Shown: one piece after another, positions 14,812 through 24,736 of the stretch | Numbering within the stretch: position 1 is the first letter of the stretch | Layout of the letters: each line of letters opens with the position of its first letter | IMG/VR virus record: IMGVR_UViG_3300020382_000114 | Span: 1-34,651 of that record | Origin: a virus | Taxonomy: Duplodnaviria; Caudoviricetes | DNA: 34,651 nt | Strand: one strand, 5' to 3' | Translations under genes and position numbers: made by a program | The notes under the pieces: model-generated | Told to the model about the DNA's origin: nothing | The model's input: the letters and a program-made list of their open reading frames with translations, nothing else | Database searches by the model: none

Positions 14812-16868
14812 TGGTTAGCGCAGTTGCAAGTTTCCTTGAGGGGTTTAACGCGGGGTGGGACACGACGGGTAAAGTCGGTGCCGCTTATAAAATTGGTAAG
14901 CTCGACGAAGACGAAGACCGTCTAAAAGCGGGGCTAACGCCGAACAAAGATACTGGTAAGTACTCTGTATTTGGTATGGACTTCGACGAGAGCCCTGACA
15001 CATATCAGGTTTCTGAAGCTCGTAATATGGCGCAAGCTAAAATATATGACCGGTGGGGCGACGCAGATCTGGCTCGAGGGTTGCGTTCAGACGCCCTTTC
15101 CAGTCGGGCATCAGGCCAAACCTACAAAGCAGGCGAGCAGGCGTACAACCAAGCTGAAAAGATGAACCCTTTACTGGTCAGCGCTCGGGACCTCGGAAAC
15201 ACCGGTCTGGGTCTTGATAATGCGGCCAAGATCGAAGCAAACAAACAAGCTTTACTGATGAACCCTTCTCTTGTTGGCGAAGCGAAGCAACGAGTTACTA
15301 ACTCCCGGCTTACCGGGCAGGTCACGCAACAAGAAATCGACAGGGCCAATGCGAGAGACCCCATCGAGCTAGAAAAACTGCAACTCGAACTGGCCCAAGC
15401 TAAGAAAACAAACCCGCAAGAGGTTGCACGACTTGAAGCTGAGATAGCCCAAATAAAGTCTACTACGATAGGGTCCGACCTTGGCAACGAGGCGGCTCGA
15501 GCGGCAATCAACCAAGCTAAGGGTATGGACCCGCTGTATAAGCGCAAGTTGGAAGAGGATATAGTCAGAGCAGGAAAAATGGGTGACGCTACGCTCAAGC
15601 AAGTGAACGCGGCGATAGCCCAAGCCGACCTAACGAACCCAGAACAGTTGAAGCTTCTCAAAGCGCAGATAGAAAGTGTCCTCGCTAATACTGCTGGGAC
15701 CGAGGCGGACACCAAACTTAAAGTTGCCACATTTGACGATTTAGTTAAGAGTCAAGGCGCTCAGACAACTTCGGCCATAGCAGCTAGTAAGTTTGCAGTA
15801 CAAGCTCTACCGGCAAAGATCAAAGAAGCATTTGCTAACGCCGACTCTGCAAAGATCGCAGCCGCTTACGACAACGCCACGTTTGACGACCGCTTAGAAC
15901 AGGTGCAAACAGATTTAGGTATGTCTAAACAGGCGTTAAAAGACATGATCGAGCAGTCTCCCGCTAAGCTACAAGGGTTGCTAGATACTAATATCCTTGC
16001 GGCTATGAAGATTGATGGGTCCAAGCTGGATTTAGACCAGCAACAGGCTGTCTCCGATGTGAATGTAGCCTACAGAGATGCTTTGCTCAAAGGTGACTTC
16101 TCGGGGGTAGAGCAGGTTCTTATGCCGTTCGCTGTCGATGTGTATAACGGCAACAACGTAGAAGACGACGACAATCAAGCTGTGCGAAACGAGGACGGCA
16201 GCTTCAGCATTGTAGGCCCAGACGGCGCAGTTCTAGGGTCGGCTTCTGAAATTCTTCAGCAGCTCCCAATGGACCAAAAGCGAGATATCCTTAGACAAGC
16301 GCAAGCGTACTCTATTTCAGCCATTACAGGCGACGATAGCGGTGTCCAAGAACTGTTTAAAACCGAAGCGTGGCTGACGTATTACCAAGCCCAATCGGAT
16401 GCTCTGAAAAAAGGTAAGTCGCTCACCAAAGCACAGTGGGCGGTCCAGCGTTTTACAGCTAATCCCCAAGACAAGCTAGCCATCGCTATTCTCGCTGGCG
16501 ACAACTTTGATGCAGTAGTCGAGCAGCAGGGCGACCCAGCCGTCCAATTAGGTCTAGGCGGCAACAAAAGACCTGGAGAACTAAATGGTGGCAACGGCAC
16601 CGGCGACAGACCTGGAGAATTAAATGGTGGCACCGGCGACGGGACAGTTCCTCTTTCCTTCGATCCCAAACCCGGTAATAGCCCGGGAAAAGTTGTCGCC
16701 AGCGGTCTCGCCCCGCCAAGCGCAGGCGGCTACACAGATCCAGCAAATAGCGTCGAGGGTATACTCATCAGCGACACACCGCCCGAAGGCTCTGGTATTA
16801 GACCGATACAGTGGAAAAGAGCTACTAGGCTAATGCGGGAACGTATGCTTCGCGGTCTAAGTAACTAA
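14811..16868 (+). CDS. Internal virion/ejection protein, long helical repeats
   Basis: Ala/Gln/Glu/Lys-rich helices punctuated by (N/D)P; lies between the pilot-like gene and the giant virion gene. Confidence 0.65.
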   Translation: MVSAVASFLEGFNAGWDTTGKVGAAYKIGKLDEDEDRLKAGLTPNKDTGKYSVFGMDFDESPDTYQVSEARNMAQAKIYDRWGDADLARGLRSDALSSRASGQTYKAGEQAYNQAEKMNPLLVSARDLGNTGLGLDNAAKIEANKQALLMNPSLVGEAKQRVTNSRLTGQVTQQEIDRANARDPIELEKLQLELAQAKKTNPQEVARLEAEIAQIKSTTIGSDLGNEAARAAINQAKGMDPLYKRKLEEDIVRAGKMGDATLKQVNAAIAQADLTNPEQLKLLKAQIESVLANTAGTEADTKLKVATFDDLVKSQGAQTTSAIAASKFAVQALPAKIKEAFANADSAKIAAAYDNATFDDRLEQVQTDLGMSKQALKDMIEQSPAKLQGLLDTNILAAMKIDGSKLDLDQQQAVSDVNVAYRDALLKGDFSGVEQVLMPFAVDVYNGNNVEDDDNQAVRNEDGSFSIVGPDGAVLGSASEILQQLPMDQKRDILRQAQAYSISAITGDDSGVQELFKTEAWLTYYQAQSDALKKGKSLTKAQWAVQRFTANPQDKLAIAILAGDNFDAVVEQQGDPAVQLGLGGNKRPGELNGGNGTGDRPGELNGGTGDGTVPLSFDPKPGNSPGKVVASGLAPPSAGGYTDPANSVEGILISDTPPEGSGIRPIQWKRATRLMRERMLRGLSN
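16569..16640 (+). repeat. In-frame imperfect tandem duplication (39 bp + 33 bp)
   Basis: agacctggagaactaaatggtggcaacggcaccggcgac / agacctggagaattaaatggtggcaccggcgac, encoding RPGELNGGNGTGD RPGELNGGTGD. Confidence 0.9.
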
Positions 16869-16887
16869 TCTAGGGAAAGCCTAACAC

Positions 16888-19800
16888 ATGGCAGAAATTA
16901 ACGATCTCCGAAAGCTTTACCCTGAGTTCGACCAGTACGGGTACTCAGATTCTCAAGTGTTAGAATGGGTAGGTGAAGAACTCGGCCAAGACCCAATGAA
17001 GCTTGCGGAGTACTACGGGCTGCGAGACCCCGACCAAGGGGATTTCTCACGTGGTATTTCAGCGGGGATAGACTCGACCAAAGCGGTTGGGTACGGGCTG
17101 GTAGGACTGGCGGGGGACGCAGTCGGATCAGACACTGTACGTGACTTCGGCATCCGGGGCTACCAAGATAACATGGATAAAGTGGCTCTTAACTCGAGAG
17201 ATACAGACTCGTTTGAAGGTATCAACGGGTTAGGGGACGCCGCTGACTTCGCGCAGTACTATTCCGGTATGGCGCTCCCCCAAGCAGCAACGGCTCTTGT
17301 CAGTGGTGGCGTGGGTGGCCTAGTAGCTAAACAAGTGGTTAAGTCAACGGTAAAAAAGAAGATTGCAGACGGCCTAAAAAAAGAAGCTACAGATCTTATT
17401 TCAACCTCGGCCAAACGTGGAACCTACGCAGGTGTGGGTACTCAAGCTATTGGCACGGAGCTAGGTGCTACCTACGGCCAAGCAGTCGAAGAAGCACGGG
17501 CAAATGGCGAGTCGATTGATGACATCAACCTAGGGCGAGTTGCAGGGTACGGGGCTTTAGCTGGCAGTCTGGAATTTATTGGCGACGTTGCTACACTAGG
17601 TATGGCGCGGCTCGGCCCCGCATCTAACTTGATAGACGCTGCTCGTAAAACTCGTACACGTGGAGCTCTTACGGGTCTAGCGGCTGGTTCGGCTGTTGAG
17701 GGTCTCACAGAGGGTCTTCAAACTGGCCTTGAAGACATGGGTGCAGGTCGTAGTCTCGAAGAGGCTCGGTTCTTTGATCCTACATCAGTCTTAGCTGGAG
17801 CTATAGGCGGGGGCCAACTGGGTGGAGTCGGTGGAGCTTTACGCGCTCCTACTCCAAGCGGAACGGAACTAGACACCGCCGCCGCACAGAACGAGGTCCA
17901 AGAACAACTATCTCTCCCCCTCGATAACCCCAACGCTGGTACAGCCGCCGAAGTCACACAACTGGCAGAAGCACAGGCGGCAAACGAACGGGTGGTTAAC
18001 GCAGAAGCTCAAGCGGAAGCTACAGAAGCTGAAGCCCTTGTGACGTCGCGGTTAGAAGCAGCCAAAACCTACACGCCCCGAAAGATGTTTCTGGCGCAAA
18101 GGGACAAGAAGCTCGAAGAGCAGAACAAAATTGACATTGAAGACCCTAGCACCGAGATACATGCAACGTTTCAAGAAGACCTAACAAAGCGTAGAGCAGA
18201 AGGTGAATCTTTTTACGACCCAGTGGACATTGCAGGGGCTAAGACCAAATTCCTAAAGGATGCTGCTAAGGGTGCAAAAGACGAGGTGGCGGGTAACGTG
18301 GCTTACGAAGCTGCGCTAGACGAATACACTGCCAACTTGTCGAACCAGCAACAGGAATTAGACTTCGCCCAACAAAACGAAAACGAAAAAGCTGTTGCTG
18401 TTGCGCAAGAGCGCCAAGCCATCATAGACGCACCAGCTAAGACTACTACCAAGGCTATTGAAAAGGCGGAAGCCCTGTACGGTGAAGACTGGGTGAACAG
18501 CGGTAAATATGACGAGCTAGCGGCTGTCGTCAACGGCGGTAAGTTTAGACAGAAAAACTTTGAGGCTGCGATAGATAAGATTGAAAATCCGCCTATAGAT
18601 GTTAACGCGTTAACAACTACTAGAGAGCAAAAGTTGGCAGCTGTACGTCAGGCTGTGGAGAGAGTGTCTAAAGGACTAAATGGAAAGAACGACAAAGCAG
18701 TTTTCGACACGTTCTCGGAAGCTATATTTAACTTTGAGGGTGACAAGTATTTAGAACAACGCGTTCTCTCAAACAAAACAGACGGCACCGGAGCTAAGAG
18801 TTTTACGCAGTTGGCAAAAGACGCTGGCGTAAAGGACGCATCCTCGGCCAAAACAGTTCTAAACAGAGTAGGCCCGAAACTGGCGGAAGCCCTTGGCGTA
18901 ACGGCAGAACAACTTCCCGCGTTACTGGCGTCGCTCCGCCCTGCAAACGTAGTAAGCGCCCAAAAAGGTGACACTACTGAACTAGATCAACAAGCTGCCA
19001 GAGAAGCCCAAGCCGACGGCGTCGCTCCAGGGCCTGGGGATAACGTTGTAACCGACGGAACTGAAGCCGTCGCTCCTGTCGGCACTGGCGTTATGGAGGC
19101 AGACGAACTTAACGACGCAAACGAACAGCTTGATAAAGCAGAGCTTGGGGCGGGTGGGGGCTTCGGAACGTCTGCTAGTGCTAACCAAGGCGCGTACACT
19201 GGCGTAGCTCCGATAGAACAGGAATTTACCAAAGGACGTTCAGCAGAAGTAGACCCCGTTTACGAGCAACGCGTTGAGGAAGCTAAGCAACGTGTAGCAG
19301 GCGAAAACGAGTTGATGGCAAAAACCTTTTTAAACTCTGCTAGGAAACTGTGGGTAGACGGCGTTTCTAAGGGTGGCCCTAGGTTCACCCAACTAAGCGC
19401 ACCAGACATGTTGGAATGGATTAGTTCTGTAGCCGAACACCATATAACAAACAACGACGCGCTGTTGGCGGAAGACTTACGAAGAATAGAAACCTTATAC
19501 GACGCTGACAACGCTGGCGTCACGATGGAGAACTCCAATGAGCAAACAGAAAAAGGATCAAATGATCCAAAAAATGCTGCCAATCCTAGTCGAAGCGAAG
19601 AAACTGGGGCTACCACTGACAATAGCACAGACACGGATGGCAACCCGAGCGGAAAACGAGCAGAAACAGCTCCAAAAATAGTCAAACGCGTACCCAATCC
19701 AAAGTTTGGAATACCCGACGCGCCGGTTGCAACGGCTACCCGTGCCGCGTTCCGCACAGCTATAAAGAAACTGACAGGCGAAACCAGTAACATGCGTATC

Positions 19801-22800
19801 CACGTGTTCGACACTGAGGCTGACGCAATCATAGCTGTAGAAACTGGGGTCGTACCAGAGACTAACATAGACCAGTTGAGGAAGGCCAAGCCGTACGGCT
19901 GGGTAATAGAAGACAGCAACGGTGATCCACATGCGCACTTCATCCTCGAACGCATCGCAGAAGGCAGAGAGAAATCTGCGTTCATGCACGAAGTTGGTGG
20001 TCACGTGGGGATTGATAGCATCCTCGACACAGACCAGCAAAGAGATATCGCTCGACAGATTTACGATTGGGCGGGAAAAGATGATAACTCATTAGAGAGC
20101 CAGATTGCTCGTAGAACGATAAGCCGGATTGACCTTGCAGCGCAACGCGGGGGTGTGTCTGAAGGGGCTGTTGTGTCTGAAGCAATAGCTTACTTTTTAG
20201 AGGAGGCCACTATCGCTGGCGTTGAGCCGAGCGTAGATAGTTCGCTGGGTAAGTTCTTACAAAAACTCAGAGACTTGTTCGTCACTGCGTTAAGCAAAAT
20301 TGGCATGGGCGGTACGGTTGATTTAACTGCGCAAGACGTTATCGACATGGCAATGGGTGCTGCTCAGATTGAGCTTATGCACGGCCAGACTGACATTAGT
20401 ATGCAAAGCCCTGTTACGTCGCCGTCGATGACTGCTGCCGCGCGGTACGGTATCAACCGTGACTGGGTCGGCGAAAACATGGGGGGTCCAACCGCTCAAA
20501 AGGTCTATGACAACACCGCAGAGTTGGCCAAAAAAGCTGCTCTATCAACTAAGTTTGTACACAACATCGTGCGGGACGTTCGTGAAACCATGCCTGCTCT
20601 GGGCCGCTGGTACGACGGGATGATTAAAGCCGAGGCCGTGCGCAACGAGATTAGACAGCAGTTTGCCGATGTGCAGAAACGTGCGAGAGCTTTAAAGTCT
20701 GGTCGTTTGGTTGCGGTGAACAAGTTTCTAGGGGAATCCACATTCGAACAAAAGTGGGGTTACGACCCCAAGGAATATCACCCTGAGTTATTTTCAGACC
20801 GAGCACCGGGTTCTGGCAACGAAGTCGTCATAGATACCGCTAAGCGGTTGCAGTTCCAGCGTATGTCTAGCGAGGAGAAACAACTCGTCGCCGACATCTT
20901 TGCGCACGGCGAGCGGATGCGGCAACGTAAAGTTGCTTTGGCTAAGAAACTAGGGGTTGCGGGGAAGTTCTTCACAGACGCTTCTCTGGTCGGACCTTAC
21001 GCTCCACTAAAACGATTTGGTAACTACGCAGGGGAACTGAAGTCTGCGCGATTAGTAGCAGCGGAAAAGGCTTCAAAAGCAGAGGGCGCTACTAAGGAGC
21101 AGAAAGATGCTTACGAGAAACTAAAGTCGGATAGCGACCATTATGTAATTAGTTTCTTTGACACCATAGGTTCAGCAAAAGAGTTTGTTGACCAGAACAA
21201 AAAGAATTACGCCTTCTCCCAAACCTCTGAAAGAGCCCCCAACTTAGATTCTGATCGGGTGTCTAACCCAGAAGTCTATGAAAAAGTCATGGCCGCTTTG
21301 GCAGCTAGCGACAGTTCAGATATGGACTCTGGTGCAAAGACAGCTTTCCGCGACATGGTACGCGGGATGTACTTCCAGTCCATGGACGAGCGCAGCGCTC
21401 GGACATCAGGCGCAAGACGTTTGAACAGGGCAGGGTACGAACAGAATATGATTCGGTCCTTTATTAACCATGGGAAATCTGAAGCGAGTCTTATGGCTCA
21501 AATGGAAAATGGTACCGAGATAAATACGGCACTTGCAGAAGCAGGCAACGAGACGCTCACAGAGACTGGGGAAGTCAGAGACCCAGAGAAGCAGCGGGTG
21601 TTTAACAGCATCTCTAAGCACTACCAGAACATGCTCAAAGGTATCGACACGCCAATCCAAGACCGTATCACTACTATGAACTCAGTTTACATGTTGCTTA
21701 CCAGCGTAGGGTACCACGTCACCAACGCAACGCAGCCAGCCATGGTTACTGTCCCTCGAATTGCTGGTGACTTTGGCAATTACAGCGGCACATGGAGCGC
21801 TTTGTTCCGTGGGTACAAGGTTGCTATGGCGTCGTCAAAGCTTGGCCTCAATATGGAAACCAGTATCGACTTAGAAAAAGTGCCTACAAAGTACCGTGCT
21901 CTGTTAAAGATGCTTCAAGACCGCCAGTTGATAGACCAAGGTATGGAAGAGGACGGATCGTTTGACCGGTTCAATACGGGGTTCGAAAAGCTGAACCAAG
22001 CCTCTGACGTGCTTGGTACGATAACCAGCAAGCTGTACAATGTAGCTAAGTTTGTCGAATCCCAAAACCGAATTTCTTCTGCGGTAGCGGCCTACGACAT
22101 GGCCGTGTCTAATACGTCCAAGCTAGCTGAGATGAATATGACGGCAGAGCAGTATGCGACGGCTGTAGTGGAAGACACCCAAGGTAACTTCTCGCAGTTA
22201 GACGCTCCGCTGCTTATTAAATCACTGCCGAAGATTGTGGTACAGTACCGAAAGTACCAGTTGTTGATGGCGTGGCACTACTCCAACGCTTTCAAGCAAG
22301 GCTTTGCTGGCGAAACCCCAGAGATAAAAGCCGCTGGCAAACGGGTACTAGGTTACTCTATTGCTCACGCTGCCCTTGGTGCTGGGGCTACCGGTGTGCC
22401 GCTCCTGTCGACAGCGTTCTGGCTAACTACGTTCCTCGGCGACGAAGACGAGCCACAAGACATGGAACGCTGGATTAAAGATAACATCGACGACGGTGCC
22501 TTCGGTACAGCCTTGTCGCGTGGCTTGTTCTCCTCGTTAGGGCTCGATCTTAGCACCAAGCTCAATCAGTCAAAGATATTCCACCCGTTACCATACGCTG
22601 ACTTCCAAGCAGGGGAAGCAGGGGCCACAGACATTTTGATGGGCTTGGCGGGTCCAGCTGGAACAACAGGCGTTAATTTCTTCCGTGCCGCTGAATACTT
22701 TAAGCAGGGCGATGTGCTCAAAGGTATCGAGTACTCTGTGCCAAAAGGATTGCGCACCGTGGCCGAGAGCTACCGCTTAGCTACCGAAGGCTACACCACC

Positions 22801-23175
22801 AAGCTTGGAACGGTGATTGTCGATCCTCGTGAAATAGACAGTATGAGCCTGCTGCTTAACGCAATGGGTTTACCCGCTACCGAGATCAACAGAATCAAGT
22901 GGACACGGGGCCAGCAGTACGAGTTGCAGCAGTACTTCAATAAAGAGGGTTCTAAAATTCGCAAGCAGTACATCGAAGCTACTAGGAACCGAGACCGCGT
23001 GGCACAGAGTGAACTGCGCCAAGAGTTTAGAGATTTGCAGAAATCAAAAGACCGAGTTCGTCCGTTCTTTAACGATGCTCCGGGTGCGCTCAACAGGCAG
23101 AGCCTTAGCACCTTGCTTAAAGCTCCAAGAAATCGAGAGAAACTCGAAAAGAAAGAACAGATGAAGTTGCAATAA
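16888..23175 (+). CDS. Large polyvalent internal virion protein (zincin-like metallopeptidase + PLxRFG + LPD39-like C-terminus)
   Basis: Gly/Ala hydrophobic N-terminal region, AFMHEVGGHVG...EAIAY zincin-like motif, GPYAPLKRFGNY (PLxRFG), and a helical C-terminal region with NATQPAMV, NRISSAVAAY, TQGNFS and QYRKYQ. Confidence 0.8.
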   Translation: MAEINDLRKLYPEFDQYGYSDSQVLEWVGEELGQDPMKLAEYYGLRDPDQGDFSRGISAGIDSTKAVGYGLVGLAGDAVGSDTVRDFGIRGYQDNMDKVALNSRDTDSFEGINGLGDAADFAQYYSGMALPQAATALVSGGVGGLVAKQVVKSTVKKKIADGLKKEATDLISTSAKRGTYAGVGTQAIGTELGATYGQAVEEARANGESIDDINLGRVAGYGALAGSLEFIGDVATLGMARLGPASNLIDAARKTRTRGALTGLAAGSAVEGLTEGLQTGLEDMGAGRSLEEARFFDPTSVLAGAIGGGQLGGVGGALRAPTPSGTELDTAAAQNEVQEQLSLPLDNPNAGTAAEVTQLAEAQAANERVVNAEAQAEATEAEALVTSRLEAAKTYTPRKMFLAQRDKKLEEQNKIDIEDPSTEIHATFQEDLTKRRAEGESFYDPVDIAGAKTKFLKDAAKGAKDEVAGNVAYEAALDEYTANLSNQQQELDFAQQNENEKAVAVAQERQAIIDAPAKTTTKAIEKAEALYGEDWVNSGKYDELAAVVNGGKFRQKNFEAAIDKIENPPIDVNALTTTREQKLAAVRQAVERVSKGLNGKNDKAVFDTFSEAIFNFEGDKYLEQRVLSNKTDGTGAKSFTQLAKDAGVKDASSAKTVLNRVGPKLAEALGVTAEQLPALLASLRPANVVSAQKGDTTELDQQAAREAQADGVAPGPGDNVVTDGTEAVAPVGTGVMEADELNDANEQLDKAELGAGGGFGTSASANQGAYTGVAPIEQEFTKGRSAEVDPVYEQRVEEAKQRVAGENELMAKTFLNSARKLWVDGVSKGGPRFTQLSAPDMLEWISSVAEHHITNNDALLAEDLRRIETLYDADNAGVTMENSNEQTEKGSNDPKNAANPSRSEETGATTDNSTDTDGNPSGKRAETAPKIVKRVPNPKFGIPDAPVATATRAAFRTAIKKLTGETSNMRIHVFDTEADAIIAVETGVVPETNIDQLRKAKPYGWVIEDSNGDPHAHFILERIAEGREKSAFMHEVGGHVGIDSILDTDQQRDIARQIYDWAGKDDNSLESQIARRTISRIDLAAQRGGVSEGAVVSEAIAYFLEEATIAGVEPSVDSSLGKFLQKLRDLFVTALSKIGMGGTVDLTAQDVIDMAMGAAQIELMHGQTDISMQSPVTSPSMTAAARYGINRDWVGENMGGPTAQKVYDNTAELAKKAALSTKFVHNIVRDVRETMPALGRWYDGMIKAEAVRNEIRQQFADVQKRARALKSGRLVAVNKFLGESTFEQKWGYDPKEYHPELFSDRAPGSGNEVVIDTAKRLQFQRMSSEEKQLVADIFAHGERMRQRKVALAKKLGVAGKFFTDASLVGPYAPLKRFGNYAGELKSARLVAAEKASKAEGATKEQKDAYEKLKSDSDHYVISFFDTIGSAKEFVDQNKKNYAFSQTSERAPNLDSDRVSNPEVYEKVMAALAASDSSDMDSGAKTAFRDMVRGMYFQSMDERSARTSGARRLNRAGYEQNMIRSFINHGKSEASLMAQMENGTEINTALAEAGNETLTETGEVRDPEKQRVFNSISKHYQNMLKGIDTPIQDRITTMNSVYMLLTSVGYHVTNATQPAMVTVPRIAGDFGNYSGTWSALFRGYKVAMASSKLGLNMETSIDLEKVPTKYRALLKMLQDRQLIDQGMEEDGSFDRFNTGFEKLNQASDVLGTITSKLYNVAKFVESQNRISSAVAAYDMAVSNTSKLAEMNMTAEQYATAVVEDTQGNFSQLDAPLLIKSLPKIVVQYRKYQLLMAWHYSNAFKQGFAGETPEIKAAGKRVLGYSIAHAALGAGATGVPLLSTAFWLTTFLGDEDEPQDMERWIKDNIDDGAFGTALSRGLFSSLGLDLSTKLNQSKIFHPLPYADFQAGEAGATDILMGLAGPAGTTGVNFFRAAEYFKQGDVLKGIEYSVPKGLRTVAESYRLATEGYTTKLGTVIVDPREIDSMSLLLNAMGLPATEINRIKWTRGQQYELQQYFNKEGSKIRKQYIEATRNRDRVAQSELRQEFRDLQKSKDRVRPFFNDAPGALNRQSLSTLLKAPRNREKLEKKEQMKLQ

Positions 23176-23217
23176 GTTATCGAATAGCCGTGCATCTCCC
23201 AAGCGCCCGGCTTAACT

Positions 23218-23262
23218 GCCCTCCATTAGTCAGGTTTCGCACTGCTGGTGGGGGGCTTTTTT
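23218..23262 (+). terminator. Rho-independent terminator of the late operon
   Basis: GCCCTCCATTAG...CTGGTGGGGGGC stem (with G-U pairs) followed by TTTTTT, 43 nt after the stop of 16888..23175. Confidence 0.75.
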
Positions 23263-23269
23263 ATTAAAG

Positions 23270-23453
23270 CGGGGAGCACTTTTATTCTAACCCATTGATA
23301 TCGTTTGGGCTGGATTTGCCCCCCGGGGAGCACCCTGCCATTGATTTCATTGACTTTTTTAGTGGTTTGGTGGACCCTAGCGGTCTACCAGTAGGGGTGT
23401 TTGCGTCATATTTTAAGGACCAAGGTGCTCCCCGAAAAATAACCGGGGAGCAC
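23270..23453. other. Putative attP site
   Basis: CGGGGAGCAC at 23270, 23324 and 23444 (+) and 23425-23434 (-). IHF consensus TATCAAtgggTTA on the - strand at 23288-23300. Inverted core TGGTGGAC-cctagcg-GTCTACCA at 23368-23390. Immediately downstream of int. Confidence 0.75.
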
Positions 23454-24533
23454 TTACCAGTCTAAATCGTTCAGAGCTTGCATACTGGCAGAGGCCAAGA
23501 CCCGGCGTTCGGCACCCTTAGTATAAATTTCTGAAGTCTTTGCTTCCGTGTGAGCCATGACCGCCATAATCTGGTACTGAGTGCTACCAGCTTCTGCCAT
23601 AAGTTCCCCTGTGGCTTTGCGAACTCCGTGCGACGAAAGACTTACCAGCCCTGCGGTGTTACACCACTCGCGGATGCGATTACCCAGCCCGTCGACAGAT
23701 TTGAACGGCCTACCGTGTTCGGTGAGAATGTAACTAGCGCCTACTACCGTCGCTGCGCGTGTGGCCTCAACGAGCGGGGGCAACATAGGCATAGAAACAA
23801 ACGCAGACCCTTTTTTCCGAGGTTGGAAATCTAACCACAAATTTCCGTTTATATCTTTTTCTTGGGAGCGTCCTATCCACACCGCGTCGCCCACACGACA
23901 AGCAGTAAACGCTTGAAGGGTTAACCACAGGTGCGCTGTCGTCCCTTTGGGGTGAACTTTTTTGAAAGCTCTGATGTCGGCGGGGGTCCACGGGGTAGCC
24001 CCAACGGCTTTCTTACTAATCTTTGAGATACCCCGTGCTGGGTTATCTAAGACGAGTTGTTGCCCATCGGGTCCAGCCCATGTGTACATAGCGCTTACTG
24101 ATTTTATAAGTTCATCTGCCGAGCCGGGTTTTGCAGCCCACGCGTCACGAACTCTAATAAAAACCCACTTCGGCGCATCAATACTAAAGTCGCCGTACCG
24201 CTCGCCCTTGTCACGAAAGTCGCACAGCCGAGTGAGTAACCCGCGCCGTTTTACTAAAGTTTTTATGCTGAATGTTCCAGCGGAAACACTATTCTCTAAG
24301 TAGTGAAGGTACTCTTTAACTAGCCAGTCCAACGAGTGTTTTACTACTTTGTCTTTTGCAGGTTCCCACACGTAACCTTCCCGCGCGGCGTAGTAATAGT
24401 GTAAGAAATTTGGGTCGGTCTTCCCTACTGGTATGGTGGTTACTACGCGCTTGTCGCCTTCTTTGCGAACACGGTAACGTACAGAACCACTAATACGTTT
24501 CTCTTCCCACAACCCTACAAGTTTGACTTCCAA
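23454..24533 (-). CDS. int: Tyrosine recombinase (phage integrase)
   Basis: TACRVGD (R), RKKG (K), SHGVRK (HxxR), MAH and EIYT (Y) catalytic motifs; GGAGG RBS before the TTG start. Confidence 0.93.
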   Translation of the reverse strand: MEVKLVGLWEEKRISGSVRYRVRKEGDKRVVTTIPVGKTDPNFLHYYYAAREGYVWEPAKDKVVKHSLDWLVKEYLHYLENSVSAGTFSIKTLVKRRGLLTRLCDFRDKGERYGDFSIDAPKWVFIRVRDAWAAKPGSADELIKSVSAMYTWAGPDGQQLVLDNPARGISKISKKAVGATPWTPADIRAFKKVHPKGTTAHLWLTLQAFTACRVGDAVWIGRSQEKDINGNLWLDFQPRKKGSAFVSMPMLPPLVEATRAATVVGASYILTEHGRPFKSVDGLGNRIREWCNTAGLVSLSSHGVRKATGELMAEAGSTQYQIMAVMAHTEAKTSEIYTKGAERRVLASASMQALNDLDW

Positions 24534-24537
24534 AACA

Positions 24538-24732
24538 CTACCTCCGCGCAGCCCACTGTTTGGGCTTTGGACTGTGGTCTATATCGGAATCCATGTCTAC
24601 TTTTTTCTGATAGGTCTCTACGCGGACGCTTCCGTCCTTGCTCACGGTCACTGCCCCCACAACTAAACCTGTGGCCTGTGTAGCTTCGATTGCCCTTTGT
24701 ATGGCTGCTTTAGTGGTAGCTGCTGCTGGCAT
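24538..24732 (-). CDS. Small integrase-associated protein (possible excisionase/RDF)
   Basis: TKAAIQRAIEATQATGLVVGAVTVSKDGSVRV; small gene directly upstream of int, an arrangement common in alphaproteobacterial elements. Confidence 0.6.
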   Translation of the reverse strand: MPAAATTKAAIQRAIEATQATGLVVGAVTVSKDGSVRVETYQKKVDMDSDIDHSPKPKQWAARR

Positions 24733-24736
24733 CCCA

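Noticed and set aside
19260-20040. Long antisense ORFs (241 aa and 160 aa) within the giant gene, and similar shadows such as 15122..15730 and 3239..3763
   Set aside because: They lie fully opposite well-supported genes and have no RBS or recognisable motifs.
23340-23400. Full tRNA gene at attP
   Set aside because: Only a 16-nt 3'-end-like stretch is present; no T-loop, anticodon arm or D arm.
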